Positions 1 through 9,021 of a stretch of 36,367 bases of DNA are shown here, in pieces. The stretch is from the IMG/VR virus record IMGVR_UViG_3300029521_000003. The stretch is one strand, 5' to 3'. How positions within the stretch are numbered: the stretch's first letter is position 1; each line of letters opens with the position of its first letter. The notes beneath the pieces are model-generated. The model made no database searches and was not told the DNA's origin. It was given only the letters and a program-made list of their open reading frames with translations. The position numbers were made by a program, and so were the translations under genes. Origin of the DNA: a virus (lineage: Duplodnaviria; Heunggongvirae; Uroviricota; Caudoviricetes; Crassvirales).

Positions 1-223
1 GAGCCAGAGCATCTGATGATGTAGCCTTTGCAGACATTACATTCTTGATGTCAATCTTATCACTTGATACAATTCCAGCAGGTGACATGTACTGAAAGTA
101 CAAAGTAGTCTTAGCTGTGTCTGCCTTTGGGACAATATCACCAGCAGTTGTAAGGGCTGCTGTATTAGCTTTTAGAGCCTTTGCAACATATAACTGTCTT
201 ACTTGATTAATAGAAATTACCAT
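1..223 (-). CDS. 5' part of a virion structural protein (probable auxiliary capsid protein), truncated by the window edge
   Basis: ATG at 223, open to the window start (MVISINQVRQLYVAKALKANTAALTTAGDIVPK...). Position after MCP and two ring-protein genes fits the recalled crAss001 gene order. Confidence 0.55.
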   Translation of the reverse strand, partial: MVISINQVRQLYVAKALKANTAALTTAGDIVPKADTAKTTLYFQYMSPAGIVSSDKIDIKNVMSAKATSSDALA

Positions 224-254
224 AATCTTTTTAGTTTAATTAAACATTTATAAT

Positions 255-947
255 TTATTCTTTATTTCCTGTCAGTTGAGTTTTACTTATTATGGCAAGC
301 TGTACAGCCCTCTCAAGTATTGCTCTGTGTACTACAGGATTTAGTTCACATTCACTTTCAGTACTTACACCATTGATACTTAGTCCATCAGGTAAATCTT
401 CAAGTATAATAGGAGTGGGTTGAGAAATATATCTCATTAAATACTTGTCCACATTATACTTGCTTATTAATTCAGCTAAATTACTTTTTATATCAAGTCT
501 TAGTACCCTGTCTTTACTTGGTCCTCTAAATGGATTATCCTTTGCTCTGTATAAATCATCCTGTGGTAATGGAACCACACTTGCCTCTATACCATCCAAG
601 CAACCTAATTTACTATCCTTGAGGAATGCCACTTCATAAGTAATGAACCAAGTATCTTGTGGTATATTAAAGAATACTGAGTCTTGTGATAATCCCAGTT
701 TTCCTGTAACCTTAGTACTTGTTTCATAGGTCTCCACCAAATTGCTCAAATATCTTCTTATTTCTTCTGTCTGTTCAAAGGACTTGCCATAAACAACATT
801 CCTTCCAGAGTAGATGTCAATAATCAATTCTTCTTGAGCATTAGTGAGAAATGTTGATTTCTCATATTCATCAAGGGTTATATTAGGAGTGATACCAAAT
901 GAGTTAAGTAAAGTACTGAATCCATCAGAAAATTCTTTATTTGTCAT
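255..947 (-). CDS. tail ring/tubular (neck) protein
   Basis: 230 aa. Paralogous to 947..1663 (shared N-terminal EFS..EYEKS..LT.AQEE and C-terminal ING...SECELNP..H..IL.RAV.LA). crAss-like synteny. Confidence 0.7.
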   Translation of the reverse strand: MTNKEFSDGFSTLLNSFGITPNITLDEYEKSTFLTNAQEELIIDIYSGRNVVYGKSFEQTEEIRRYLSNLVETYETSTKVTGKLGLSQDSVFFNIPQDTWFITYEVAFLKDSKLGCLDGIEASVVPLPQDDLYRAKDNPFRGPSKDRVLRLDIKSNLAELISKYNVDKYLMRYISQPTPIILEDLPDGLSINGVSTESECELNPVVHRAILERAVQLAIISKTQLTGNKE

Positions 948-1663
948 TATTCACTTCTTTGTCCTAATTCAACACTTGCCTGTAAGTCTCCTTGGTAAGC
1001 TGCCTTAGCCAATTCAACTGCTCTCTGTAATATCTCACTATGAATAATTGGGTTAAGCTCACATTCTGAAACAGTGCTTACACCATTTATTGTGACATCA
1101 CCATATTCAGAAGATAGATTAGTAGTGATAATTGGAGCAGGTCTTCTTATATATCTTACCTTATAGCCTGTAATAGTTTCATTACTGTTCACTATTAGTT
1201 CTACAGAGATATTGTTTATAGAAGTAGTAATTATTCTCCATGCCTGATATTTAACTGGTTCCTTATAAGGTCTTGACATAAGCCTTGTATAATCAGAATA
1301 ACTGATTGGAACTATCTGTTTAGTTCCTGCATTAGTATCAACAGCCTCATTTATAACCAAGAATAAGTCAGCAGGTAAATCATATACCTTAGCTCTCTTA
1401 TCAAAGGTGACAGTAGGAGCACTTGTATTAAGTACCCCTTGTCCTACCTTTATTAATTCTGAAAAATCTATTTGTCTTTTTGGTGAATCATCTAATCCTT
1501 TTCCATACTTATTACCAGCAGGTTCAAAATAATTCTTAACTATCTCTTCCTGAGCCTTAGTAAGCAGTACAGACTTTTCATACTCATTTAATCCCGGAGC
1601 AGTATTGCTCATTATGTTATTATAGAGTACATCAAATTCATTAGAAAATTCATTAACATTCAT
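947..1663 (-). CDS. tail ring/tubular (neck) protein
   Basis: 238 aa. Paralog of the adjacent gene, whose start overlaps this stop codon. Confidence 0.7.
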   Translation of the reverse strand: MNVNEFSNEFDVLYNNIMSNTAPGLNEYEKSVLLTKAQEEIVKNYFEPAGNKYGKGLDDSPKRQIDFSELIKVGQGVLNTSAPTVTFDKRAKVYDLPADLFLVINEAVDTNAGTKQIVPISYSDYTRLMSRPYKEPVKYQAWRIITTSINNISVELIVNSNETITGYKVRYIRRPAPIITTNLSSEYGDVTINGVSTVSECELNPIIHSEILQRAVELAKAAYQGDLQASVELGQRSE

Positions 1664-1667
1664 ATCT

Positions 1668-2660
1668 TTATTCTTTTAGCTTTGCTTCCAGACTGAACTT
1701 CAATTCTTGTCTCTTAGGAGCACTTAAGAACTTAGCAGCTACACTCAAAGTAGGTTCTTCATTATCTCCACATAGAGGAGAACCATCAGATTTCAGGTAT
1801 AACATACCACCTCTGTTACTAATTAGACCTTCTTCAATAGCCTTCTTAATCAGAACTTTAGTATCAAGATACTGGTCTTCTGAAACTCTTAAGAAAAGTT
1901 TTGGGTCAGCTTGAATTAGCTTGTTAATCTTCTCATGTAAGAATTCAATCTTAGTTGTCTTAGCAAGAGGTCTTCCATCAATAGTTTCAATGATTACTCT
2001 TAGCTTATCAGCATCATCTTGAATTTCACCAAACTTCATGTATGACTGCATTGTAGCATTCATTTCCTTCTTAGCAGTCTTAGCTTCCTCACCTTCTTGT
2101 ACAATTACAAACTGATAAGTCATTTTAGGTCTATCTTGCAGCTCTTGAAGAGAAGATGCAATATAGTCCTTGTTTGCTAAAAGGATTTTATATTTGATAT
2201 AGTCATCAGGGTCAGCCAAGTTCAAGAAATTATCTTGCTTAGTTAATCTGACTGCGAGATTATCCCAATAATTATCTACCTTCTTATAGATAGACAGAGC
2301 ATTGTATTCAAGACCCATTACATCTTCAAGGTAAGCCTTTTCTTTATCAGTGAGGGCATTTACATACATACCAGAACTCAATCTTGGTAGGGTAAACCAT
2401 CTTACTGCTGCTTCTGCCATACCTCCATATAAGATATGCTTAGGGTTTGAAACTAAACCAGTCTGCTTGGGAACAAACCTTACTATAACTCTTTCATTTC
2501 TTAGGCAGCTAATAGGTTCATCATTATCCTCCATTACTGCTTGTTTCTTTGTTCTTCTTGTCTTTGGTTCTTCAAAGAGGTTATCTACATCAGGTACAAC
2601 TGGTGTTTCCTTCATAATCTCTTCATCATCCAAAACCATCTTACTAACTTCTTTTGCCAT
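1668..2660 (-). CDS. conserved crAss-like protein immediately downstream of MCP
   Basis: 330 aa ORF in the structural operon. Confidence 0.6.
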   Translation of the reverse strand: MAKEVSKMVLDDEEIMKETPVVPDVDNLFEEPKTRRTKKQAVMEDNDEPISCLRNERVIVRFVPKQTGLVSNPKHILYGGMAEAAVRWFTLPRLSSGMYVNALTDKEKAYLEDVMGLEYNALSIYKKVDNYWDNLAVRLTKQDNFLNLADPDDYIKYKILLANKDYIASSLQELQDRPKMTYQFVIVQEGEEAKTAKKEMNATMQSYMKFGEIQDDADKLRVIIETIDGRPLAKTTKIEFLHEKINKLIQADPKLFLRVSEDQYLDTKVLIKKAIEEGLISNRGGMLYLKSDGSPLCGDNEEPTLSVAAKFLSAPKRQELKFSLEAKLKE

Positions 2661-2683
2661 ATTACTTCTCCATTTAATATCTT

Positions 2684-2722
2684 AAAAAAGAAAAGGAGAG
2701 GGAGAATTTCCCTCCCCCTTTA
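2684..2722 (-). terminator. probable intrinsic terminator after MCP
   Basis: GGAGAGGGA/TCCCTCCCC inverted repeat with an A-run that gives a U-tail on the minus strand. Confidence 0.6.
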
Positions 2723-2731
2723 TTCTATGCT

Positions 2732-4246
2732 TTATCCTTGCAGAATTGCAGGGATTAATGATGCTGTTCTTGTTGGGTCAAGCACACAAACACCCAATGT
2801 AGCCATTCTGTGAATTACAGCAGAATCTTCATCAAATGACATATAAGGATTACCCTTTTGTCCTGTGAAAGGATTCCTGATACCCCACTGGTATCCTCTG
2901 TATTCATTGTCACCCTTAATCTTACACTTGAAGATATTAGGTTGGTCCATAGTACCAATGTACCAAATATCATATCTATAAGAGAAGGCAACACCACCAT
3001 TTGGGTGAAGAATCTTATTTCTTACAGGGTCATCATAGAATGGGTCAACATCTAATCTTACCCTTACACCATTAGGAGCCTTGTATTCAACAAATTGGAA
3101 ACCAGCACTCAGTGCATTGCTGTGCAGCTTAGATTGAACTTTCTCAACAACTCTTGTAGAGTTATTATCAAGTACAAATGTAGTCCAACCAGATACAGTC
3201 TTCAATACTTCCTTATGGAACTGAATAGCACCTCTTTCACCAGTCTTAATGATGAATAGTCTATCATCCATTGCAAGTTTTGAAGCAGATAGTTCATACA
3301 ACATGTCTTCAAGTAACTTCAAGCTGAATGTATTATAGTACATAGTATTAGCAACCTCTGTTTGTTCAAAGATACCAGCACCAGTCTTAATTACATTACC
3401 TGACTTACCAAAGTTCATGTATTCACCATTCAGATTTCTGTTTGAAGTACCCCATGCCATAGCATTGTTCTTGTACTCATCAAATTGAAGTTCTACTTCC
3501 CAATCTACATAGTGCATCCACATGTTTGCAGTGTCCTTCACTTGCTTTCCACTTTCAAGATTTCTAACCATAGGAATACCCATAGCAAGTTTCTTGTTCA
3601 GCTTATTACCAGCTACCTTATGTTGGATTCTGATTGTAGTCCATTCATTTCTCATAGATACAGGAGAAGTGAATCTAACATCACCAACCTTTCTTGAAAG
3701 TTCTTTTTCTACAGGAGCAAATTCAATAGAGAATCTTTCTCCTTGTTGCAGTCTTTCAGCAGGAACACCTTGAGTATTACCACCCATAAGTTCTACCTTG
3801 TACACTGCATTAGTACCTTCCATTCTTGCATCACCAAGGATTCTAAATGGATATACTTGGTTCAAGTTACCTACAATAACTTCACCATCTGCAAACCAAT
3901 CTTCTGGGAATACCAGATAGAAAGGAGATGTACCAACTCCCACATTAGCTGCATCAGCAGCAACTACAACACCATTTTCATCTCTTGCTTCTACAAGAGG
4001 AATGTTTCTCCTTGAAGAACCAATAACATCCCAGTAGTATTCATTGTCATCTTCAAACTCTCTTGTAGGGAATGAATTAAGGAATGTATCCAAGCTCTTT
4101 CCTCTATAGAAAGCCAACAGTTGCACCATAAGGTTTGTAGCCTTCTGAGGTGCTTGTTGGAAGATAGCTCCAAGGTGGTTGTCACTTGTCAGACCCTTCC
4201 AGTGTTGGAAGCCTAACATTTGAAATTTACCTAATTTACCAGCCAT
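2732..4246 (-). CDS. major capsid protein
   Basis: 504 aa. Size, sequence (GLTSDNHLG, KTGAGIFEQ, GIRNPFTG) and position fit a crAss-like MCP. Confidence 0.9.
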   Translation of the reverse strand: MAGKLGKFQMLGFQHWKGLTSDNHLGAIFQQAPQKATNLMVQLLAFYRGKSLDTFLNSFPTREFEDDNEYYWDVIGSSRRNIPLVEARDENGVVVAADAANVGVGTSPFYLVFPEDWFADGEVIVGNLNQVYPFRILGDARMEGTNAVYKVELMGGNTQGVPAERLQQGERFSIEFAPVEKELSRKVGDVRFTSPVSMRNEWTTIRIQHKVAGNKLNKKLAMGIPMVRNLESGKQVKDTANMWMHYVDWEVELQFDEYKNNAMAWGTSNRNLNGEYMNFGKSGNVIKTGAGIFEQTEVANTMYYNTFSLKLLEDMLYELSASKLAMDDRLFIIKTGERGAIQFHKEVLKTVSGWTTFVLDNNSTRVVEKVQSKLHSNALSAGFQFVEYKAPNGVRVRLDVDPFYDDPVRNKILHPNGGVAFSYRYDIWYIGTMDQPNIFKCKIKGDNEYRGYQWGIRNPFTGQKGNPYMSFDEDSAVIHRMATLGVCVLDPTRTASLIPAILQG

Positions 4247-4280
4247 AATCTGTTAATTATTTTTGTTAGTTAATATGTTT

Positions 4281-5450
4281 TTAGACATCAAGGTCCCAGC
4301 CCTTTCCAATATAAGACTCAGTATCTTCCTCAACTCCTCCAACATATCTTGGATTACCTGTTGAGGTTCTGGCAGTGCTGCTGAGTTTATGCTCTAATTC
4401 TCTAAGACTTTGCTTGACTTCTTTCTTTACTTTACCTTTTACAAGACCATCAATATTCTTGAAGCCATCAGTCATAGTGAACAATACGGACAGATACTTT
4501 CTGAACTCAACTGGATTATCCATTTCATATTTTTGAATGGCAGTCAAATATTCTCCATCTTCTGTTTTAAAGACAGGCTTAGTTATATTCTCAAATGCTT
4601 TTTGTCTTGTAGTCTTGTCAAGTGTAATACCTGTAAATACTTCCTTATCCTCCAGCATTGCTTTCTTTAACTGAGCAGCCTCTTCTTTAATTTTCTTTTG
4701 TTCTTCTTTTGCCTCTTCTTGAGCTTCCTTGATTAGGTCTTGATATTGATTGCTAAAGTACTCTCTGTTACTTTCCAATGCTTCTTTTGCATCTTCAATA
4801 TCTGTACCAGCATTAAAAGATTTTTCAACTTCTCTTTTAGCTCTGGCTTCACTATAACCTCTGTTCCTAAAGTCTTGATAGATTAAGTTCTTTCTCAATC
4901 TTTCACCCTTTTCAGTTTCATCAGTTATATATTCCTCCTTGATTGCATCCAAATTAGCAAGGGTTTGTTCATACCTTCTTACTTCATCTGGTTCTACATC
5001 AGCTTGTAATGCAGCATCAATTCTCTTTTGTCTTTCATCCAATCTTGCTTGAACAGTCTTTTCAACTGCTTCTGCAAAATCTTCTGGAGTCTTGATACCA
5101 TTTAATGTATCATCATCAAGGTCAGGGAAGATACCTTCTTCTTTCAAGGCACTGGCAATGGAAGAGTAGAAGTTAGTTTTGGGAGAAGTACCTTTGTCCT
5201 TTTCAGATTGGGTATCTTCCTCTTCTTCTTGATTATCTTTTCCACTACCTACGCTCTCTGGATTATCAAATAAATCATCTGGATTTATCTCTTCTTCCTC
5301 AGTAGTTGTTTCTTTCTCTTTTTCTTCTTTCTCCTTTGGGGCAGGTGGAGTTACCTGTGTTTCTTCTTCACCCCCATCATCAGAAAATAGATTATCAACA
5401 TCTATTTCATCCCCTGTCATAATGAGGTCTTCACTTAATTCTCCTATCAT
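4281..5450 (-). CDS. acidic coiled-coil protein, probable capsid scaffold
   Basis: 389 aa, very E/D-rich N-terminus and helical C-terminus, directly upstream of MCP. Confidence 0.6.
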   Translation of the reverse strand: MIGELSEDLIMTGDEIDVDNLFSDDGGEEETQVTPPAPKEKEEKEKETTTEEEEINPDDLFDNPESVGSGKDNQEEEEDTQSEKDKGTSPKTNFYSSIASALKEEGIFPDLDDDTLNGIKTPEDFAEAVEKTVQARLDERQKRIDAALQADVEPDEVRRYEQTLANLDAIKEEYITDETEKGERLRKNLIYQDFRNRGYSEARAKREVEKSFNAGTDIEDAKEALESNREYFSNQYQDLIKEAQEEAKEEQKKIKEEAAQLKKAMLEDKEVFTGITLDKTTRQKAFENITKPVFKTEDGEYLTAIQKYEMDNPVEFRKYLSVLFTMTDGFKNIDGLVKGKVKKEVKQSLRELEHKLSSTARTSTGNPRYVGGVEEDTESYIGKGWDLDV

Positions 5451-5480
5451 ATTTCTACTCCTTTAGTTATTAAACTGATG

Positions 5481-5488
5481 CAAAGATA
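5481..5488 (-). promoter_or_regulatory. Bacteroidetes-type -7 promoter element (TATCTTTG)
   Basis: Matches TAnnTTTG about 30 nt upstream of the 5450 start. Confidence 0.6.
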
Positions 5489-5563
5489 GTAGGAGTTTAT
5501 GACTTCTACAACATAGTAAATAAGACCCTTGTAACTCTATAAATAAATTACTTATTTACTGCC

Positions 5564-5597
5564 AAAAAGTAAGGGTATAGTAATTAAACTATACCCT
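5564..5597 (-). terminator. probable terminator
   Basis: AGGGTATAGT/ACTATACCCT hairpin with an adjacent A-run. Confidence 0.55.
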
Positions 5598-5605
5598 CTA
5601 CAATT

Positions 5606-6067
5606 CTACTCAATTGTAAGACTTAGTTCCTCTCCAAGGAGCTTTGCTTTCAGCATAACTGAATATAACTCCTGAAAGGTAGCTGTGCTATTGATTACTT
5701 GTCCCTTTATCTTGTTTTCACCAACAAGGATACAACCTAAAGTATCCTCAGCTTTATTACCCACATGGATTAGTACCCCCTCATATCCTTTAACATCTAT
5801 AAGTCTGGGTAATTTTCCCCCACAGAATTTAGCCCATGACCTATCCTTGAATTTAGGACTTACAGTATTCATATCAATCTTGTAAGTTCCATAAGGAATT
5901 GCTGTCTGTCCATAGACCTTCTTACTCTGTATCTCCAGAAGAGATTGTGTTTGATGGAGACCTCTATCAGTATCCTCTAAAGTATCACATTCATAAACTC
6001 CATTTACATAGAGTTTACCTATGGTATATTGAGGTCCTTTGAATGTTCTTTTAAGTAATAGTTTCAT
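5606..6067 (-). CDS. DUF5675-like protein (putative endolysin/peptidoglycan enzyme)
   Basis: Motifs YTIGKLY, CDTLED, TAIPYGTY, LIHVGN...DTLGCILVG. Confidence 0.75.
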   Translation of the reverse strand: MKLLLKRTFKGPQYTIGKLYVNGVYECDTLEDTDRGLHQTQSLLEIQSKKVYGQTAIPYGTYKIDMNTVSPKFKDRSWAKFCGGKLPRLIDVKGYEGVLIHVGNKAEDTLGCILVGENKIKGQVINSTATFQELYSVMLKAKLLGEELSLTIE

Positions 6068-6068
6068 A

Positions 6069-6443
6069 TTAGCTTGGGTTAAGTTGCAGCACTATCTTTC
6101 TTGTAATATTTGAACAAGCTACATCAGTTCCATTTTCAGTTTGATAACCAATATTGGCTACTGAATATGTGATAGCAGTTCCTTTTTTAACTGTAACTGA
6201 CTTAGTAGCTTGACCATTGATAGTAACTGTTGCTCCATCAGGAACCGGATTAATAGCAAAGGTTACTTCTGTTTCATCAGGAGATATAATAGATGTAAGC
6301 ACACCATTAATTCTCTTCTGAACATCAAGTATCATTTCTGGGTTATTAGGGTCTCTAATAACCAATATTTCATCATTAGTCACTTCATTAGGGTCTCCTT
6401 CAACTAATCTTGAAAGTTTGCCAAGGTTAAGTACTCTCTTCAT
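6069..6443 (-). CDS. small virion protein with C-terminal PEGA/Ig-like domain (possible head fibre)
   Basis: INPVPDGATVTING...YSVANIGY beta-sandwich pattern. Synteny. Confidence 0.5.
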   Translation of the reverse strand: MKRVLNLGKLSRLVEGDPNEVTNDEILVIRDPNNPEMILDVQKRINGVLTSIISPDETEVTFAINPVPDGATVTINGQATKSVTVKKGTAITYSVANIGYQTENGTDVACSNITRKIVLQLNPS

Positions 6444-6447
6444 ATTA

Positions 6448-6783
6448 TCACTTCTTTAATTTAATTACATCCTCATAATTCCCCTTTCTTATCTGACAAG
6501 ATAAATCAGTACATATACTTGTCATTAAGCCCATCACCTGTTGTCTCAATTCTTTTACTTCCTTTTCAAGTTCTTCATTCCTTGATAAAGCTCTGTCTAA
6601 CCTAAGTTTATTATCCTCAGAAAGTCTTGTGTAAAATTCAAGAGACTCCTTCATGTTATTTATAAGATTATTGTCAACCTCACTATTATACTTCTTTCTT
6701 GCAAAGAACCATGCAGTAAATCCCGAAGTAAATGTGGTCACAATACCTATTAATGCTGTAATAAGTATTCCACTTTCAATCAT
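6448..6783 (-). CDS. probable holin-like membrane protein
   Basis: N-terminal TM helix followed by coiled coil, located in the lysis cluster. Confidence 0.5.
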   Translation of the reverse strand: MIESGILITALIGIVTTFTSGFTAWFFARKKYNSEVDNNLINNMKESLEFYTRLSEDNKLRLDRALSRNEELEKEVKELRQQVMGLMTSICTDLSCQIRKGNYEDVIKLKK

Positions 6784-6785
6784 AA

Positions 6786-7427
6786 CTATTCAATTATTTG
6801 TATAAATCTTTGAGTCTTGTTTTTAACATAAGGGTTCATTTCTCTTACATTAACTTCTACTACTGTATGTTTCTTCTGGAACCACCTAAATAAGAAGAAC
6901 TTCTTTGGTGGATTCACAGTCTCCCTTTTACCATTTATGAATGTATATCTCTCTAATTCTATCTCAGGACTAAGTGCTATAGTGCTTGGGAACTTTAAAT
7001 GAAGATTGGTTTTAAACCACTTATCTCCCACTATAGTATCAAGACTAAAGTCATTTCTAAAGATTGTATCAGTCAATGTGATGGTATCATGTCTTTGTGC
7101 ATGACTTGCTTCATATTGAAGCTGCTGCAATCTCTTATCCTTTATTCCTAATTCCTTCTGGACCACTTTCATCTTCTTGATGATTGAGTCATTGAAGTAA
7201 TTAAGTTGTTCAACTGTTAGTTTCAATACTCTATTATCACCTTCAAGTCCACTCAACTGAGCATCATATGCTTTAATATTCTCAATGGAAGTTTCATACT
7301 TAGTAGTTAATTGTTTGTTCTGATATGACAGGTAAGTTATAGCCCCAATCAATATTAGAACAAGGATTATTACATACTTTCTCACATTATATTTTATTAG
7401 AATAATCACTAATTGTTCCTGTTCCAA
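6786..7427 (-). CDS. membrane-anchored coiled-coil protein, probable spanin (true start may lie downstream)
   Basis: TM helix plus coiled coil. C-terminal KKFFLFRWFQKKH...NPY motif typical of Bacteroidetes phage lysis genes. Confidence 0.5.
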   Translation of the reverse strand: MEQEQLVIILIKYNVRKYVIILVLILIGAITYLSYQNKQLTTKYETSIENIKAYDAQLSGLEGDNRVLKLTVEQLNYFNDSIIKKMKVVQKELGIKDKRLQQLQYEASHAQRHDTITLTDTIFRNDFSLDTIVGDKWFKTNLHLKFPSTIALSPEIELERYTFINGKRETVNPPKKFFLFRWFQKKHTVVEVNVREMNPYVKNKTQRFIQIIE

Positions 7428-7606
7428 AATTTCCTAAGGAATCTTAATACTAAAATCCACATACCATACCCTATCCCTGAAAACAAAGAGGTCCATCCTA
7501 TTATTGGTAAAGAGTCTTTAAATCCTAAAGACATTATAAAAAATACAGATAAGAATAATAATATTCCTATTGTGATTTTTCCGATTTTCTTCTCTAAATA
7601 TCCCAT
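7409..7606 (-). CDS. small two-TM membrane protein
   Basis: 65 aa hydrophobic ORF that fills the gap in the operon. Confidence 0.5.
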   Translation of the reverse strand: MGYLEKKIGKITIGILLFLSVFFIMSLGFKDSLPIIGWTSLFSGIGYGMWILVLRFLRKFWNRNN

Positions 7607-7612
7607 AAATAA

Positions 7613-9010
7613 TTAAGATTTAATTTTAATTGCAATAACACTAACATTTTCAATACTATTAATTACAGATTCATTCTCCCAAGTAACTTGACCTTGTTGA
7701 CCAAAGTTACTTGAGAATCTATCCATACTAATGGTAATAGAAGAATTAATTGTTACAAAAGGAGTAAGTGATATAATATTAATCAAATTACCTCCAGATG
7801 TAATATTACCAATAGGAGGAGAAGCTACTGGAGTAGATGTTTCATTGGAAAAGTTATTAGGAATTATAAAACTGCCTTTTACCTTATTCACAGGAGCCAC
7901 CCAATTAAGGGTGGTATTGAGGGTTACAGAATAGCTAATTACAAACATATAATTAGCTATTCCTTTTCCAAAGGCTGATTCATCATAGTCACTTGGGAGA
8001 GTAATATTAAGAGTTTTTTCAACCAAAGAACTTTCACACAATTTTACAGTAGCACTCTTATCTATAGGTAAACCAAAAGAAAAATTAAAAATCTTAGCAG
8101 TATCAGGTCCAGATGCTTGAACCTGAACTGTAGCTGGAGAAGTTATTGGTAACTCACTGATTGATGCAGTAGGAGTTCCAAATCCAGCAGAAGCCCCATC
8201 TGAACCATTTTGCCCAGTAGGACCTATTGGACCCACTGGACCAGCAGGTCCTATTCCTCCTGTTTCTCCTTTCTGTCCCCTTGGAATAGAAAAGTTAAAG
8301 TTAAACACTTTGGCTGTATCTGGACCAGAAGTAGATACTGTAACATTTGCATCTTCTTCTGGAGGTAATGTATTTACAGATACTGTTGGTTGTGCTATGC
8401 CTGCTGGGGTTCCACTTTCACCAGTATCCCCTTTCTGTCCTGTAGCTCCTTTTGGAATTTTAAAATTAAATTCAAAATTTGTTTCACTTCCCTCTCCATA
8501 AGTTCTTACAGTAGCTTGTGCATCACTACCAGGAGGTAATGTGTCAGCATAAGCTGCAACTTTACCAATTTTAGGCACTGGAATGGAGAACTTGAACTTT
8601 AAAGTATTATTATTTACAAGCTCACATACTACTGCTAATTCTCCATCTGATATACTTGCTATAGTATTTAGATTAAGTGAAAACAATGTATAATCAACCC
8701 AGTTTTCATCAGAAGACCAGTTTTCATCATCTATATGATGGTTGTTATAAAATTGAGTAATATTATCTCCTGCTCCATTTACAAAGCCTACCCACAAATT
8801 TTTCTTTCTAAATTTAGAAGGAAGTAATAACCTTGTAGAACTGTTACTACCTTGCCAAGGTAGATATATGAAATTATATCTGGTTAATATTTCCTCCAAG
8901 GTTTCTGAGGTTTCCCTATCTTTTACAGAGGATGTATAAGTGATAGGGAATATACTTCCATATTTCCCTTCTTGACCATCCTTCTTAATTAATTGTTGTA
9001 TTTCTTTCAT
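7613..9010 (-). CDS. collagen-like tail fibre protein
   Basis: Gly-X-Y runs (GPAGPVGPIGPTG) alternating with three copies of a ...A.V..SGPDTAK.FNF.F.IP module. Confidence 0.75.
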   Translation of the reverse strand: MKEIQQLIKKDGQEGKYGSIFPITYTSSVKDRETSETLEEILTRYNFIYLPWQGSNSSTRLLLPSKFRKKNLWVGFVNGAGDNITQFYNNHHIDDENWSSDENWVDYTLFSLNLNTIASISDGELAVVCELVNNNTLKFKFSIPVPKIGKVAAYADTLPPGSDAQATVRTYGEGSETNFEFNFKIPKGATGQKGDTGESGTPAGIAQPTVSVNTLPPEEDANVTVSTSGPDTAKVFNFNFSIPRGQKGETGGIGPAGPVGPIGPTGQNGSDGASAGFGTPTASISELPITSPATVQVQASGPDTAKIFNFSFGLPIDKSATVKLCESSLVEKTLNITLPSDYDESAFGKGIANYMFVISYSVTLNTTLNWVAPVNKVKGSFIIPNNFSNETSTPVASPPIGNITSGGNLINIISLTPFVTINSSITISMDRFSSNFGQQGQVTWENESVINSIENVSVIAIKIKS

Positions 9011-9021
9011 ACCCTATCTAT